Part shown: positions 63,491 through 64,000 of the stretch, in pieces
Layout of the letters: each line of letters opens with the position of its first letter
Numbering within the stretch: position 1 is the first letter of the stretch
NCBI GenBank assembly: GCA_964016885.1
Contig: OZ024753.1
Location: 36,084,001-36,148,000 of the forward strand
Source of the DNA: Eledone cirrhosa
Lineage: Eukaryota
DNA length: 64,000 nucleotides
Direction of reading: 5' to 3'
The notes under the pieces: model-generated
The model's input: only the letters and a program-made list of their open reading frames with translations
Databases searched by the model: none
What the model was told of the DNA's origin: nothing
Program-made: the position numbers and the translations under genes

Positions 63491-64000
63491 ACTATTACAC
63501 GGTGGATTGGCAGTATCAGTAGGACGCCATGCTTTGCAGCATAGAATTACGGCCCTTTACAGTCTGAATTCAATTCCTGCCGAGGTCATCCTTACAGGGT
63601 CGATAAAATAAAGTACCAGTAATGCACTGGGTAATTGCTGGCCTTGTGCCTAAATTAGAAACAATTATTACACTGTTGCAGTCTATTCGTTTATCAATAT
63701 ATACCGTTAGTAGGGGTTGAAACTGCCAAAAATAAAAATACAAACGAAGGACAGAGAACTCCATGGTCTTCGACCGTTAAGATGAACTTTGGCAGTTTGA
63801 GTATTTTCTTTGTTTACGCTTACTCCATGTCTTTATCTCAATGTTTAGTGAAAAAAGACCTCTTGATCCAACAATTTAATGTTATCTGTTACGTACAGAT
63901 GACAAGATCCTGTAAGACACCAGTATGTGTAGTCATGCATTTCATATGTGGACAAATAAAAGTTACTATTGTATATGTTGATCAAAGAATCTTTGGTGAA

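Noticed and set aside
63899-63922. Possible 24-nt plus-strand microexon (tacag|ATGACA...CCA|gtatgt)
   Set aside because: No other plus-strand exons or homology are visible, and it could arise by chance.

Overview
AT-rich, repeat-dense animal genomic DNA. It is most consistent with an octopod cephalopod (inferred from very long (TA)n tracts, CORE- and Nin-domain tRNA-SINEs and RTE LINE tails). One protein-coding gene runs through the window on the minus strand. I traced 23 GT-AG exons (51008 down to 1055) with matching intron phases, giving 3573 nt (~1191 codons) and the architecture LDLa x3, EGF, cbEGF, YWTD propeller, EGF, YWTD propeller, EGF, LDLa x8, EGF. This is the N-terminal part of a divergent megalin/LRP2-like receptor. 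The start exon was not identified and the gene continues past base 1. The introns hold a decayed DD37D (maT) Tc1/mariner element, RTE and L1/Tx1 LINE fragments, SINEs, piggyBac-type and mariner MITEs, and several minisatellites. Most ORF-track entries are repeat artefacts. Highlights: (1) minimal type I hammerhead ribozyme motifs, several in palindromic Penelope-like remnants, three of them unrelated sequences sharing the compensatory U3-A8 core; (2) a 3.2-kb array of about 62 same-orientation units, each with a full-length CTCF-motif match; (3) a 60-bp satellite visibly born from a retroelement tail; (4) a SINE-in-MITE composite. All coordinates were read by eye and may be off by a few bases for repeats.
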